Origin: Kondoa subrosea
Lineage: Eukaryota
Direction of reading: 5' to 3'
Assembly: GCA_039545335.1 (NCBI GenBank)
Contig: BCIN01000003.1
Span: 2,303,060 to 2,367,059, forward strand
Length of the DNA stretch: 64,000 bases
A program made the translations under genes and the position numbers. The notes beneath the pieces were generated by a model, which was not told the origin of the DNA, did no database searches, and worked only from the letters and a program-made list of their open reading frames with translations. Of the stretch, positions 10,501 through 21,768 are shown piece after piece. How positions within the stretch are numbered: the first letter of the stretch is position 1; each line of letters begins with the position of its first letter.

Positions 10501-11823
10501 CTTTGTACAGAATTCGAGCAGGAGTATTTGGGTGGCGAATCAGATCGAGCGACTGACGTGGATTGAACGGTATCCGAATGATGCTTTGCTGAGTTGTCCA
10601 TGGTCACTTTGCTCTTGGCTACTTGCTTGCGAGCAGTACTTCTCCGTCGCATTTCAGCATGAAACAAAGCTTTACATCGACTGCCTTTCGGATCCATCTC
10701 GACGGTCACAATTCCTTCGCTTCCAGCAATGAGAGCGATGTTGCCAACTTTCTTCCCATTTGTTTTTGCAATTGCCTGCAGAGCAGCTGCATGCCCATCT
10801 TGACCGTGCCGAGGACAGACACGACGTCCAGCTCCCAATGAATGCAGACCTGTCTCTGAATCGACAGAATCGTCAACGAATTTGACCCAACATAGTCCAC
10901 AGCCAGCTCCGGTTGCGGGATCCATCTCAAATCTGAATTCTGCTATACGTCCGTATTGCATAAAATGCTTGTGGATTTGATCTGCTGATGTCATAGGATG
11001 GATTTTGTTCACGACGATACCGCTTGATGGTGCTGATGGTGCAGGACCAACAGAATTTCGGTCGTACTGAAAGCAGATTGAGTCATGTACTCTGCTATTC
11101 ACGGAGACGACGCACGGCGTAATGTAGCACCGTGACGTGAGTTGCGGCTCGTGCTCCGCCGCGTTGTTCTTCTGAGAGACCTTTTCTGGGATCTAAGACT
11201 GGATCTTCAAGACCTCTACCGGACACTCGTGCAACCGGCGTTTTGGATTGCTTCACGGGCGAAGGATCTAGAAGAGGATCGTAAATGATACGCCAGCTTG
11301 GCTTGAGTGTTTGCTCGCCAAAAGCGGTAGCCTTGACAGGAAGAGACAGATAGGAACCTGGCACAGGCTGGGACGATCTGTTGTCCACCGAAGCAGATCC
11401 AATTCCAGACTGACTATCATTAGAGTGTGTGGTGGAATAGTGTTCTATAGAGTGTTTCGAAGATGTCCATAATTCGACATTCGGTTTGGCTACAGGCTTC
11501 CTTGCAAATTGTATGCTTGAGATAACAGGCTTCTTGCCGCCTTGAGATGGGCGACCCTCTGTCGCGTTGCTCTTGCTTTCGCTGGAAATTTGTTCGTCTC
11601 GCTTGTCCTTTCTCTCGTACTCATCCCTACGGACTGTGTCATGATCATCGCGAACGCAGACATTGCGATGTTCAGGAGTGCTGTCTCGAGGATTGCCGGA
11701 GTAACGCGAAGAACGAGAAGTATCATAATACTGATCGCTTCCTCGAATGCCAGAATATCGGCCATCTGTACTACGAGCCTCGTGACGACTGGATGAAGTG
11801 CGTCTGTCTTTGTCGTAACTCAT
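7514..11823 (-). CDS. SET1: Histone H3K4 methyltransferase Set1 (spliced)
   Basis: [11 protein letters not shown] motif, [27 protein letters not shown] ([25 protein letters not shown]), post-[16 protein letters not shown]. Confidence 0.95.
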
Positions 11824-12316
11824 GCGCGTTTCATTCGTGGTGTTGGGTCAACGTCATGCAATAGCGCTATAGGTATGTTCAAGTTCACCACCAACAAATA
11901 TTCAGCTCGCACTATGACTACCCTTACCTTTGCAAAGAAGGCAGCTTTCACTCCTGCCGCGCATCTCATTATTGGTCATAAAAATCTATTCGAAGAGTCT
12001 CGCATCAAAGCATTGGGGCTTGAGGTTGATTGCGACGTATTCAAGCATGTAGCATCGGGCAAGGTTGAAGAAGCAACGCAATGGCTTGGCGATGTCCCGG
12101 TCACTTTCGCAAATTTATCGACTGAAACCTCTCGCAATCTTGGAAGCGTACGATCGGATCTAATTCCAGGCATAATCACCAAATCATTGATCAAGGATGC
12201 GGACGGTCGGTCTCTCGCATGTAGGTTTCGAATCTAGCTGAGGAGTAGCAGCTTCGATTACGTTCTTGTTGGCCAGCAACGAGCAGGTCTCAGCTGCTGG
12301 AGCTGCCGTCGCACGC
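11772..12316 (+). repeat. Right arm of inverted repeat (SET1 start, bidirectional promoter, aminopeptidase exon 1 to exon 2)
   Basis: Reverse complement of 4699-5238. Confidence 0.97.
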
Positions 12317-13871
12317 GCATTCCCTGCATTCAATGAGAAGGCCAAAAAACCCGCCGATCGCAAGATCAACGTCAGTTTTTCCGTTCCGAACGAGCTCACA
12401 GATGAACAGCTTTCTCATCTTTCTCGCACGGCTGTAAGTCTTTCCATTGGCGCTCGCACGCTGTTCCAGTAATCATCTGGCACAGGACGCAATCTGTTTC
12501 GCGGCTTTGCTCGTCGATAAAGTGAGAACGTCTTCGAGCTTGTCGACAGCTTCTCAAATTTCGCGCAGCCGACCAATTATCTGAACACCAGTACCTATCG
12601 TGATCAGATTAAAGAAGTTGTTGGCAAATATCCTTCTGTCAAGCTGACAATTTTTGAAGGAGAAGATCTAAGGAAAGAAGGCTTGAATGCCATTTACAAC
12701 GTTGGGAAATGTGCATCCTTTCCACCATTGATGGCCGTGCTAGAATATGAGCCTGAGCAGAAGAGTAGCGCCGAACTAGTAGCGCTCGGTAAAGCTTATA
12801 TATCTCTGAAAGTATCAATATTGCTGACAATTCTTCACGCAGTTGGCAAGGGTATTGTCTACGATTCAGGAGGTCTATCGCTCAAGGGAGGTGCCGCTAT
12901 GTGCACCATGAAAGGAGATATGGGTGGATCGGCTGCTATCCTCGCTGGATTCGAAGCACTAGTCAAAGGCAAATATCCTGGTCGACTTGCTGCTGTACTT
13001 TGTATCGGTCAGTGGTTCCAGAAATGGCCATATTGTCTCTGATTCTCTCCTCCGCAGCGGAAAACGCCATTGGTCCTTTGGCTTACAAAAATGTACGTAT
13101 CTGACATAAAAGATGTGTAAGTTTTGGTTAATCATTGGAACCAGGACGACATCATTATACCTTACAGTGGCAAGGCACGTTCGAAAGTGTTACCTCTCTT
13201 TCCTTTCCTTAGTTTGACCTCCGTTCCGCTTACAGTCGATTCTGATCAATAACACAGATGCAGAAGGTCGAGTCGTTTTGGCCGACGGTGTTGCATGGGC
13301 TACCAAGAACCTCAAACCCACCTACATGTTTGATTTTGCTACATTGACCGGTGCACAACTAGTAGCCACCGGAGCCAAACATGCCGCGATTATGGGCAAT
13401 GATGAAAAGTTGGAGCAGCTCGTTCGGAAATCAGGACAGAGTTCAGGAGACTGGACCTTCCCGATTTTATATGCTCCTCAGCTGTTGATGAAAGAGTTTG
13501 ACGCAGTCAACGCAGGTGAGCTACCCAAAAAAACGACATTGCAGCACGTAAAATTGCTTGTTTAGACATGAAGAACTCAGTCAAGGATCGTATGAACGCT
13601 CAATCAAGTTGCGCAGGTAATCTGCTCTCTAAATTTTGATGCTTCAATGCTGATTGCTCTCAGGCCACTTTATCGAAGCGTATGTACTCCTCAACAAGCG
13701 ATGCTTACCAATGCATTGACCTCTGCAAACAGTCACTTCGATGAGAATTGGAAGGGAGGGTGGGTGCATGTGGATATGGCCGGCCCGTCTTTCCAACAAG
13801 AGAGAGGCACTGGCTTTGGGGTAGCTCTTATCGTCCAGGTTGCTCATGATCTGCTTGAAACCGCCAAATGA
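11875..13871 (+). CDS. M17 leucyl aminopeptidase, NPEPL1-like (spliced)
   Basis: GKGIVYDSGG, MKGDMGG, NNTDAEGRVVLADG, DFATLTGAQ, WVHVDMAGP; alternative ATG at 11914. Confidence 0.92.
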
Positions 13872-14173
13872 GGTGTGGCACGATGAACTTTGCAGCACGG
13901 CTGAGCCCGCTCAAATGACTTGTCAGAAGCTACACAGAGAGAGGTTTTCGAGATGCCATAGGGCCAATTCAATTGATTCAGTCGATGTCGGTGATATTCG
14001 GTCGAAAGAGTGTCAACTATATAAAAGATATAGCATGTTACCGGATGTAAACGAAATCAAGCAAATACGTGGGCAGGTCTAGAGAGGTGTTGTGAATGCA
14101 TGAAAATGACAAAATGTCTGTATACTGTTTGAGGATCTATCATCTCGGTGCAGCTTCGTATCCACTAAATTGC

Positions 14174-14815
14174 TCATGCAGTTGACTATCCACAAACATC
14201 AGTGTCTGCCAAGCGCACGACATCAACGACAGGAAGATAGATAGCCTACCTCCTTCAAATATGAGATAAGGTTGTTGCGATCCTTGTCTTTCTTTAAACC
14301 TGCAAATGCCATCTTTGTACCTGGGATATATCTGCGCGCTGGTGTTCAGTAGCTGTGACTTGAGACCAGCTTGAATCTCACTTTTTGGGGTTTTCAAGAC
14401 TGTACTGAAAATTAGCCATTGGCTCACTCAGAGCTGATCGATGACTGACTATTCGAAGAGAGTGTTCTCGTCCCAGTGAACAGCAGCCTTCTTGTTTGCC
14501 TCTGTGTAAGAGTAGCCATCCACCGATCCGGATTGACGACCGAAAAGACCATGGAGGCTGAAAAGAGCCATCAAGATCTGACTGTGCGGGCTGCATAGAT
14601 CTCACTTGGGTCCGACTTTGTTTCCACCATCAGCTACCGTCGAAGTCAGATTCTGTCTGTGAAATGCAGCCCCGAAAACAAACCTTCGACAGTGTGGCAT
14701 TGGGCACAACGAGTTTTGAAAAGCTGTGGTAAACATGAGCATGAGAGCAGAGGTTGATGAGACGCCTGCTACATACCGAAGCGCCCTTTGAAGCGTCACC
14801 AGCTGAGAATCCCAT
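14174..14815 (-). CDS. CYC1: Cytochrome c (multi-intron)
   Basis: Spliced [42 protein letters not shown]...[27 protein letters not shown]; CxxCH heme motif. Confidence 0.95.
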
Positions 14816-16486
14816 ATTGTTTTAGTTTTGTGTTGATTTATCTAAAATCGTGGCAGATCGAAAGCAAGAGAGGAGCAAGGCAATCATCAGCTTGCTATCG
14901 TACTTGATCGTCCTGGTACTGACGAGTAGAGAGCCAAGAATCGGTGGTCGAGGTAAACGAATGGAATCAATCGAATTTTGCTGCACTCACGACCTCTAAT
15001 CTCGCCGACCCACGGAAACCTCTACGCTGTCTACAGTGATCTTCTAAAGGGAAAATTCTGATGGCTCTGCAGCTTTTTGTATGCATAATAATTAGTCCCT
15101 GCCACCTTTCGCTTGATATGGCTGCGGCGGCGATCCTGCGCCGATTAACCATGCATGGTCATACCGCGATGTTCGTCTGCTCCTGTAGCTGATAGCGTAT
15201 TCTCCCCTGCATACAGCAATTCCTCCCCTGCAGCTGCCTCTGTCACATTGATGAGCATACAACGTTCATTCAAGCAGATTGCTGAAGATCGGACAAGCAA
15301 GTAGTCGACTGGTTCTACTGGCAGTGACCGATGATGAAGAAAACGTTTATGCGCAAGCAGTCAAGTTCTGCAGTCTGCAGCTTCAACCTCGATTGCATTG
15401 AAATCCGCTGCTGTCGGGGTAAAGAAGCTCTGAACGTAAAGGAACTTCGGCAGCAAGTTGCGCGAGCCAAGGCTGGATGCAGGAAGATTCACGCTTTGCG
15501 CGTCCATCCCTCTGATAAATACGGTCAAATAACTCAACGCTGCAGCTTGCTGCCTATTTTGAACTTACAAGAGCTCATAAACTATGGTTCTGCACCGACG
15601 CCAGAGTACGAGAACGCTTTGTCATCTACGTCGACTGGGTGTCAAAGTTCGCGCACACGAGAGCGCACTTTCACCAAACATGTGTGGAATAATGCATTTT
15701 GATGAGATACGCGGTAGCAAAAAGCGTATGATCGAACAGCTACTCAAATTTCAAAAGCTTCAGACGTCTGTCGCTAACTATTCAATTATCTTGCAAGCAC
15801 TAGGAATACACATGCTCTCCCAAATCTAAAGGCTTCGTTTGCTATTGGAGCCGATTGTGTTCGCGCGAAGAGCATCATGGCTCACGTTGTCGGCGTTCGG
15901 AACGGAGTACTTCGCGCTTGGTAAACCTCATCGGCTGGCAATACCTAGAAGTCAGAACTTGCTCGTCAAGGAAAGCTACACTTCACACATCTGTCATTGA
16001 GTGACTTTTTTTAAAGCATACTGAGCAAGTTTCGGAGAGGTTGCCTTCTATGCGCAAAACGACACAGGCACATCATCGGCTTGCACATAATCACTGTGCG
16101 CATCTCTGGCATTCTATGTCATCGAGTTCAACAATGCGAGAGGCATCGACGCAAGTACAAAGTCTGTTTCTATGTAATCTTTAGTTCCGGGCCTGAATAA
16201 TGCTTTGCCTTGTTCTCTTGAACAATTGGGGCCTCTCTGCCGTCTTGCGCGTTCCTCATTTCATGTTATATCAGTCTGATCCTGATTATAGGTTGAAAAT
16301 CAATGTAATTCATTAGTGTAGTGAAAAAGTCTACCTTGCTCCCGTTCCATCAGACACTAGTGACCTCAGTTTCTAAGTCCTAAGACACTGGCTCAAGATG
16401 TACTTAATGTTAAGTGGACTTAACATCTTTCCTCGCCAGTTCCGACTTTATCTTTTTCTGTTCTTCTCTCTACTTCTCTCTTCAAA

Positions 16487-17812
16487 ATGCCCTTTGTCAA
16501 ATTGGTGAAGAACAATGCTGTGAGCACTGTTCATCAAAATTCAGGGGAATTTGACCTAATCAGCGACGAATGTAGTACTTCAGCAGATACCAAGTAAAGT
16601 ACAAGAGGAGGAGAGGTAATCTACCCTTCATGCTGCTTCTATCTTGAGATTCTATACCTCGACGTGATGATTTGTTTTATTGGTATAGTTCACACTGAGA
16701 CCTCGGCGGTCAATGTCGACAATTTTGCAAGCATAATGTCTTTCGCTCCTATCTGATCTCTGTCTCTTATTCGTAGCATGAACACTGCTTAGAGAATGCT
16801 CACTGACATGATGTGTCTCATTACAGAGGGCAAAACAGATTACCAGGCAAGAAAGGGTTTGGTCAGTCAAGCAAAGAACAAGTACAACTCCCCCAAATAC
16901 CGCCTGGTCGTCCGTTTCACCAACAAGGACATTGTCGTTCAAATCGTTTCTGCCAAAATTTCTGGCGATGAAGTCCTTACTGCAGCCTACTCACACGAAC
17001 TTCCTCGTTACGGTATTAAGCACGGTCTGAGCAATTGGGCAGCTGGTCAGTCTACTTCTGTAGCAAACCCTTTCTTCAGCTGACGCCATGTATTTTCCAG
17101 CCTACGCAACTGGACTTCTTTGCGCCCGAAGAGTTCTGACCAAGCTCAACCTTGCTGACAAGTATGAAGGCATTTCTGAACCCGATGGCTCTCTTCAACT
17201 CACCGAGGCTATTGAAGACGGCCCACGACCTTTCAAATGCTACCTTGATGTTGGTTTGAAGCGAACTTCAACCGGTTCAAGGGTGTTTGGTGCGATGAAG
17301 GGAGCCAGCGACGGTGGTCTTTACATTCCCCATTCCGCCAAACGTTTCCCTGGCTATGACCCCGAAGCAAAGGAACTTGACGCGGAAGTTTTGAACAAGT
17401 ACATCTATGGCGGACATGTAGGTCTTTTGATTTGTAGTTACAGGCCAGTCCACTCACTAACGGTTGATCTGCCGTAGGTTGCCGAATACATGGAATCGCT
17501 GGAAGAAGAAGATGACGAGCGTTTCAAGAAGCAGTTCGCCTCTTATCTTGCCGATGACTTGGGGTCAGAAGATATCGAAGACATGTACAAGGAAGGTCAC
17601 GCTGCTATTCGTGAGAACCCAGCACCGGAACAAGCAGATCGCAGCAAGCGTGAAGAATATAAAAAAGCGTCGCTCAAGTTCAAGCAGAACAAGATTTCAT
17701 TGCAAGATCGGAAACAGAGGGTCGCCGAAAAGATTGCCCAATTCAAAGTTAGTACCTTACCGTTCCTCTAGTAATAGTGTTTAACAGATTTTTTGCGCAG
17801 GCAAACCAATAG
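16487..17812 (+). CDS. RPL5: 60S ribosomal protein L5 (uL18)
   Basis: [47 protein letters not shown]. Confidence 0.97.
16660..16760 (+). ncRNA. Intronic box C/D snoRNA, snR60/SNORD80-like double guide
   Basis: C box GTGATGA 16664, D' CTGA 16695, D CTGA 16753; guides GGTATAGTTCAC and GTCTTTCGCTCCTAT complement LSU rRNA GUGAACUAUGCC and AUAGGGGCGAAAGAC. Confidence 0.85.
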
Positions 17813-17980
17813 ACCAATTGGTAACTTTGGGCGTCGGAACTGCAAGTCTCGGGATTCATAGCATTTATGAAAGTAGCTCTTGTTTGCAATTCCACTCTTG
17901 GCACGTTAGCTCAGTTGATCGTTCGCTTTCATTGTTTGACATGTTCGCACTCCACCTTGACTTTTTTCGCTACGTCCATC

Positions 17981-19927
17981 ATGTCGCAAGCCACATTGTC
18001 AAGATCTGCTGCCACAGCGGTTCGCTCTTTAACAACAGGCGCAGCATTTCACCAGAGATGCCTGGTAAATCAGACTCTGCCACTCACCGCATCCACTTCG
18101 CGGCGATGCTATGTGACACCCTCGAAAGCCACTCATTTGGCTACGACTTTGGACGTGAATATACCGCAGAAGCACACGACCGATGAACCTCTAGTTCTTA
18201 CCCCTGGCGAAGGCGATTTGGGTTTTGAAGTTACTGAAAAAGAAGTGGTCAGGGAAACCGTAGGCCGACCTATTTACTTGGACGCTCAAGCGACAACACC
18301 TGTAGATCCAAGAGTACTCGATGCTATGCTGCCGTTCATGACGAATCAATACGGCAATCCTCACTCCAGAACGCATGCCTATGGCTGGGAGAGTGAAAAG
18401 GCAGCTGAAGTAGCAAGAGAAGTGCGTTGACCTGCACTTCAAAGTGAATACCGAGAGATCTCATGCCTGGTTAGCACGTGGCGAATTTGATCGGAGCCAA
18501 CCCAAAAGATATCATCTTCACTTCTGGAGCCACTGAATCTAACAATCTTTCCATCAAAGGAGTGGCTCGGTTTTATCGCAGATCTGGAAAGAAGCACATC
18601 ATTACACTACAAACGGAACACAAGTGTGTGTTGGACTCTTGCAGAGTGCTTCAAGACGAAGGCTTCGAAGTCACCTATCTGCCCGTGAATGAGCATGGCC
18701 TTGTAGATCTCCAGCAATTAGAGGCGTCTATTAGACCAGACACATGCCTAGTATCAGTAAGCTACAAACTGATGGACAAATTCGGCATCAACTTACCACT
18801 TGATAGATTATGGCTGTTAATAACGAAATCGGTGTTGTTCAACCAATGCAGGAGATTGGTCAAATGGTCAAGAAGCACAAGGGTGTCTTTTTCCATACCG
18901 ATGCTGCCCAAGCAGTAGGCAAGATTCCAATAGATGTAGACGCCATGAACATCGATCTTATGTCAATTTCCGCTCACAAAGTCTACGGTCCCAAGGGCAT
19001 CGGTGCTTGCTATATTCGTCGGCGGCCAAGAGTCAGGGTTGAGCCCATCATCAACGGAGGTGGACAAGAACGCGGACTGCGAAGTGGAACTTTAGCTCCA
19101 GCATTGGCTGTGGGATTTGGAGAGGCTTGCAGGATCGCGAGATTAGAGATGCAGGTTAGTTGTTCTGCTTTCTTTCTTCTTCTTCTGCGTCTTCAGGATA
19201 CAAGATGGAAATCTGCCCAGAACCGAAATAGCTCAAAATCAGAGTGCTTCGGCAGCGCAATTCGGTGCAGGCTAGTTTGTCAATGCCCCAGGGGATCACA
19301 TTCAGCCAAGCGACCGAATAGTGATGCTTGTGCAGGGGTTCTGATCTCATACTCACAGTTGTGGCCATCCGAGGAGTTTGCTGATTTTGTGTTTTTGCTA
19401 GAATGACTACAAGCACGTGAAGGCCTTGTCAGATCGACTGCATCAAGGTATATTAGCGCAATGTGATCACATCACTCGCAATGGCGATGCCGAAGGTTAT
19501 CCTGGTTGCCTGAATCTCAGCTTCGCTTATATCGAAGGCGAATCAATGCTGATGGCGATGAAGGACGTCGCTGTGTCTTCTGGAAGCGCTTGCACTAGCG
19601 CATCTCTGGAACCGAGTTATGTCTTGCGAGCGTTAGGTACGTTTTGACCTGACTTACCTAGAATTGTGCCTGACACCAACTGCCTGCAGGTGCGGACGAG
19701 GCATTAGCTCACTCATCTATTCGCTTTGGTCTTGGACGTTTCACGACTGAACGTGAAGTTGATTTTGTCGTGAACAAGATTGTCAGTATTGTCAAAAAGC
19801 TTCGCGATATGAGTCCCCTGTACGAAATGGTTTTGGAAGGTATTGATCTGAAGTCTATCGACTGGTACGTGTGCTGTCTATCGTGCTCATCTGATCTGAA
19901 GCTGGTGTCAACAGGGCTCAGCACTAG
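17981..19927 (+). CDS. NFS1: Mitochondrial cysteine desulfurase
   Basis: [37 protein letters not shown] (PLP lysine), SSGSACTS. Confidence 0.97.
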
Positions 19928-20239
19928 ATTAAGCAGATATACTTGTACCATATTTATGTGCAATTTCTTACCGAGACGCGATTTTGTCCATCGAGGTCCC
20001 AAAACTTGTCTGTCATTGTCCTACGTCGTTTCAGAATATCGATGGTGGCTTGTCGAATATTGCCAAATCAGTCTTGCAGCGATTTTTGCTTTCCTTTCGC
20101 GCGCGGCCATTCTCTTGCCAGTAGTGGGTCGTTCACGCGTCTAAAGTGGCATCTTCCGCCTGCTGCTGTTCTGTGCTGTTGCTGCCGCCCTCAGCCAGGA
20201 CGCGCCTTTCTCCTCTTCCTTTCTCCCGTCAAATTCACC

Positions 20240-21736
20240 ATGAATGCTCAGGCTGGCCCGTCAAGCATTAAGATAGAGAAGCAATCAATAGATGAGCGCA
20301 GAAAGCAAGAGTTGCTCGATGCATTAAGCAATCGAGTTAAGCTATCAAAGGTAAATTTTCATCCTGATACATGCCTTGCACGTCCTTCTGCCCTTTTTGC
20401 GGACACGCGCGAGGCTTTGTTTGCGCTTTGATCCTCTGCTCTACGCGTCGATTGCGTCCAGGCTTCAGGCGAACGATTCTGCTTGTTCCAGAGCCTAGTA
20501 CCTTATACACATCACTGATACATCGTTGTCTCGCATCGACAGACTGGGCGTATTCTCTCACAACGACTGGCCCTCGCTTCGTACAAAGCACAGAATGGGT
20601 GGGAAAATGCAAAGCTGGACCAGTTGGAACCACACGCAGAAGAACAGGCGCAAGAGAGGGCTAGGAAGCGTAAAGCACAAGAGGAATTGGAGCGCACACA
20701 ACAAGCAAAGAAGGCTGCCCTCTCTGTAACACTTCAAGACCATCAATCTCGCGCGCATTCCAGGCAGGAAAGCGAACGCGGACTTCCGCCTCAAATGTCG
20801 CTTTACGACGCAATGATGACACCTTCTCTCAATGGAGGACTCTTCGACCCCTATTCACCACGCGTCTCGGACAGCTCGTTCGAGTACCCGGCTCATAACT
20901 CTCAGCAACATGCTTACATGCATATATCGAACACGTTGCGACCATCATCCCGAGCTGCTAACAGTCATCCAGGTCGATCCAACCTGTCTATCCAAACCGG
21001 ACTCGCTAATTCAACCGCCAATCTCCACCATCCTGCGTCGCCTGTTTCTTCAGCTCGCGATACACCTATTCTCAGACCCGGCTCTCCTCTTGGCAAGATC
21101 GACTCGCCTCGTCGACGCAAAGAATCCACTGGATCACAAATTCTGTCGATGCGAGATCCGACTTTCGGCACATCAACAGCAGCAGCAGCAGCCCTTCCCA
21201 GCTTCACATATGGAGGAACAGAGCACGCAATACCTGGACCAAGTCGCATTACACCGCCTCCTCAAGATGTACATCGTCTTGCCCAAGACGATCCTGGTCG
21301 ACAACGAACAGGGCCCAATCCCAATGGCGAACAAGATGCAGCTGAACTGATGCTCTATCTAGCCCAATCACCTAGTCCTGGACCAGCACGCAAAGCTTCG
21401 ATGCCTCAGCTAGCGGAAAAAGAAGGAATGAAAGGGAGACAATTGTTTGCACCTCAAGACGAACCAGAAGAAGCAAGGAAGGCCTTGTCGATGCACGCTG
21501 TGCCTCATGCTGCCCCGTTCCAGCCTCAACATCAAATGACAATGCAAACAAGCAATAATGCTTCATGGCAAAATCATCCAGCTCTGTTCCCGTCAGCACC
21601 ACTATTGCATACGGCAGTTCCGTATGGCAGTCTTCCAGTCCGCTCATCTACGCCCGATCTGCACCGACCCAATTCGCCCTTCGACTTCAACGCCTATCTG
21701 AATGTTTCGCCCGGGCGCCAAAACGCCGTGTGGTAG
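20240..21736 (+). CDS. Whi5/Nrm1-family G1/S transcriptional repressor
   Basis: Spliced exon 2 encodes LSQRLALASYKAQNGWENAKLDQLE (Whi5/GTB motif); SP/TP-rich tail. Confidence 0.75.
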
Positions 21737-21768
21737 CGCCCAAAGTAAATTTGTATAATGTAGTTCTT

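Noticed and set aside
19155..19401. TPP riboswitch or U3 snoRNA
   Set aside because: Lacks the TPP UGAGA/CUGAU..AAU core and the U3 box A and K-turn GA pairs
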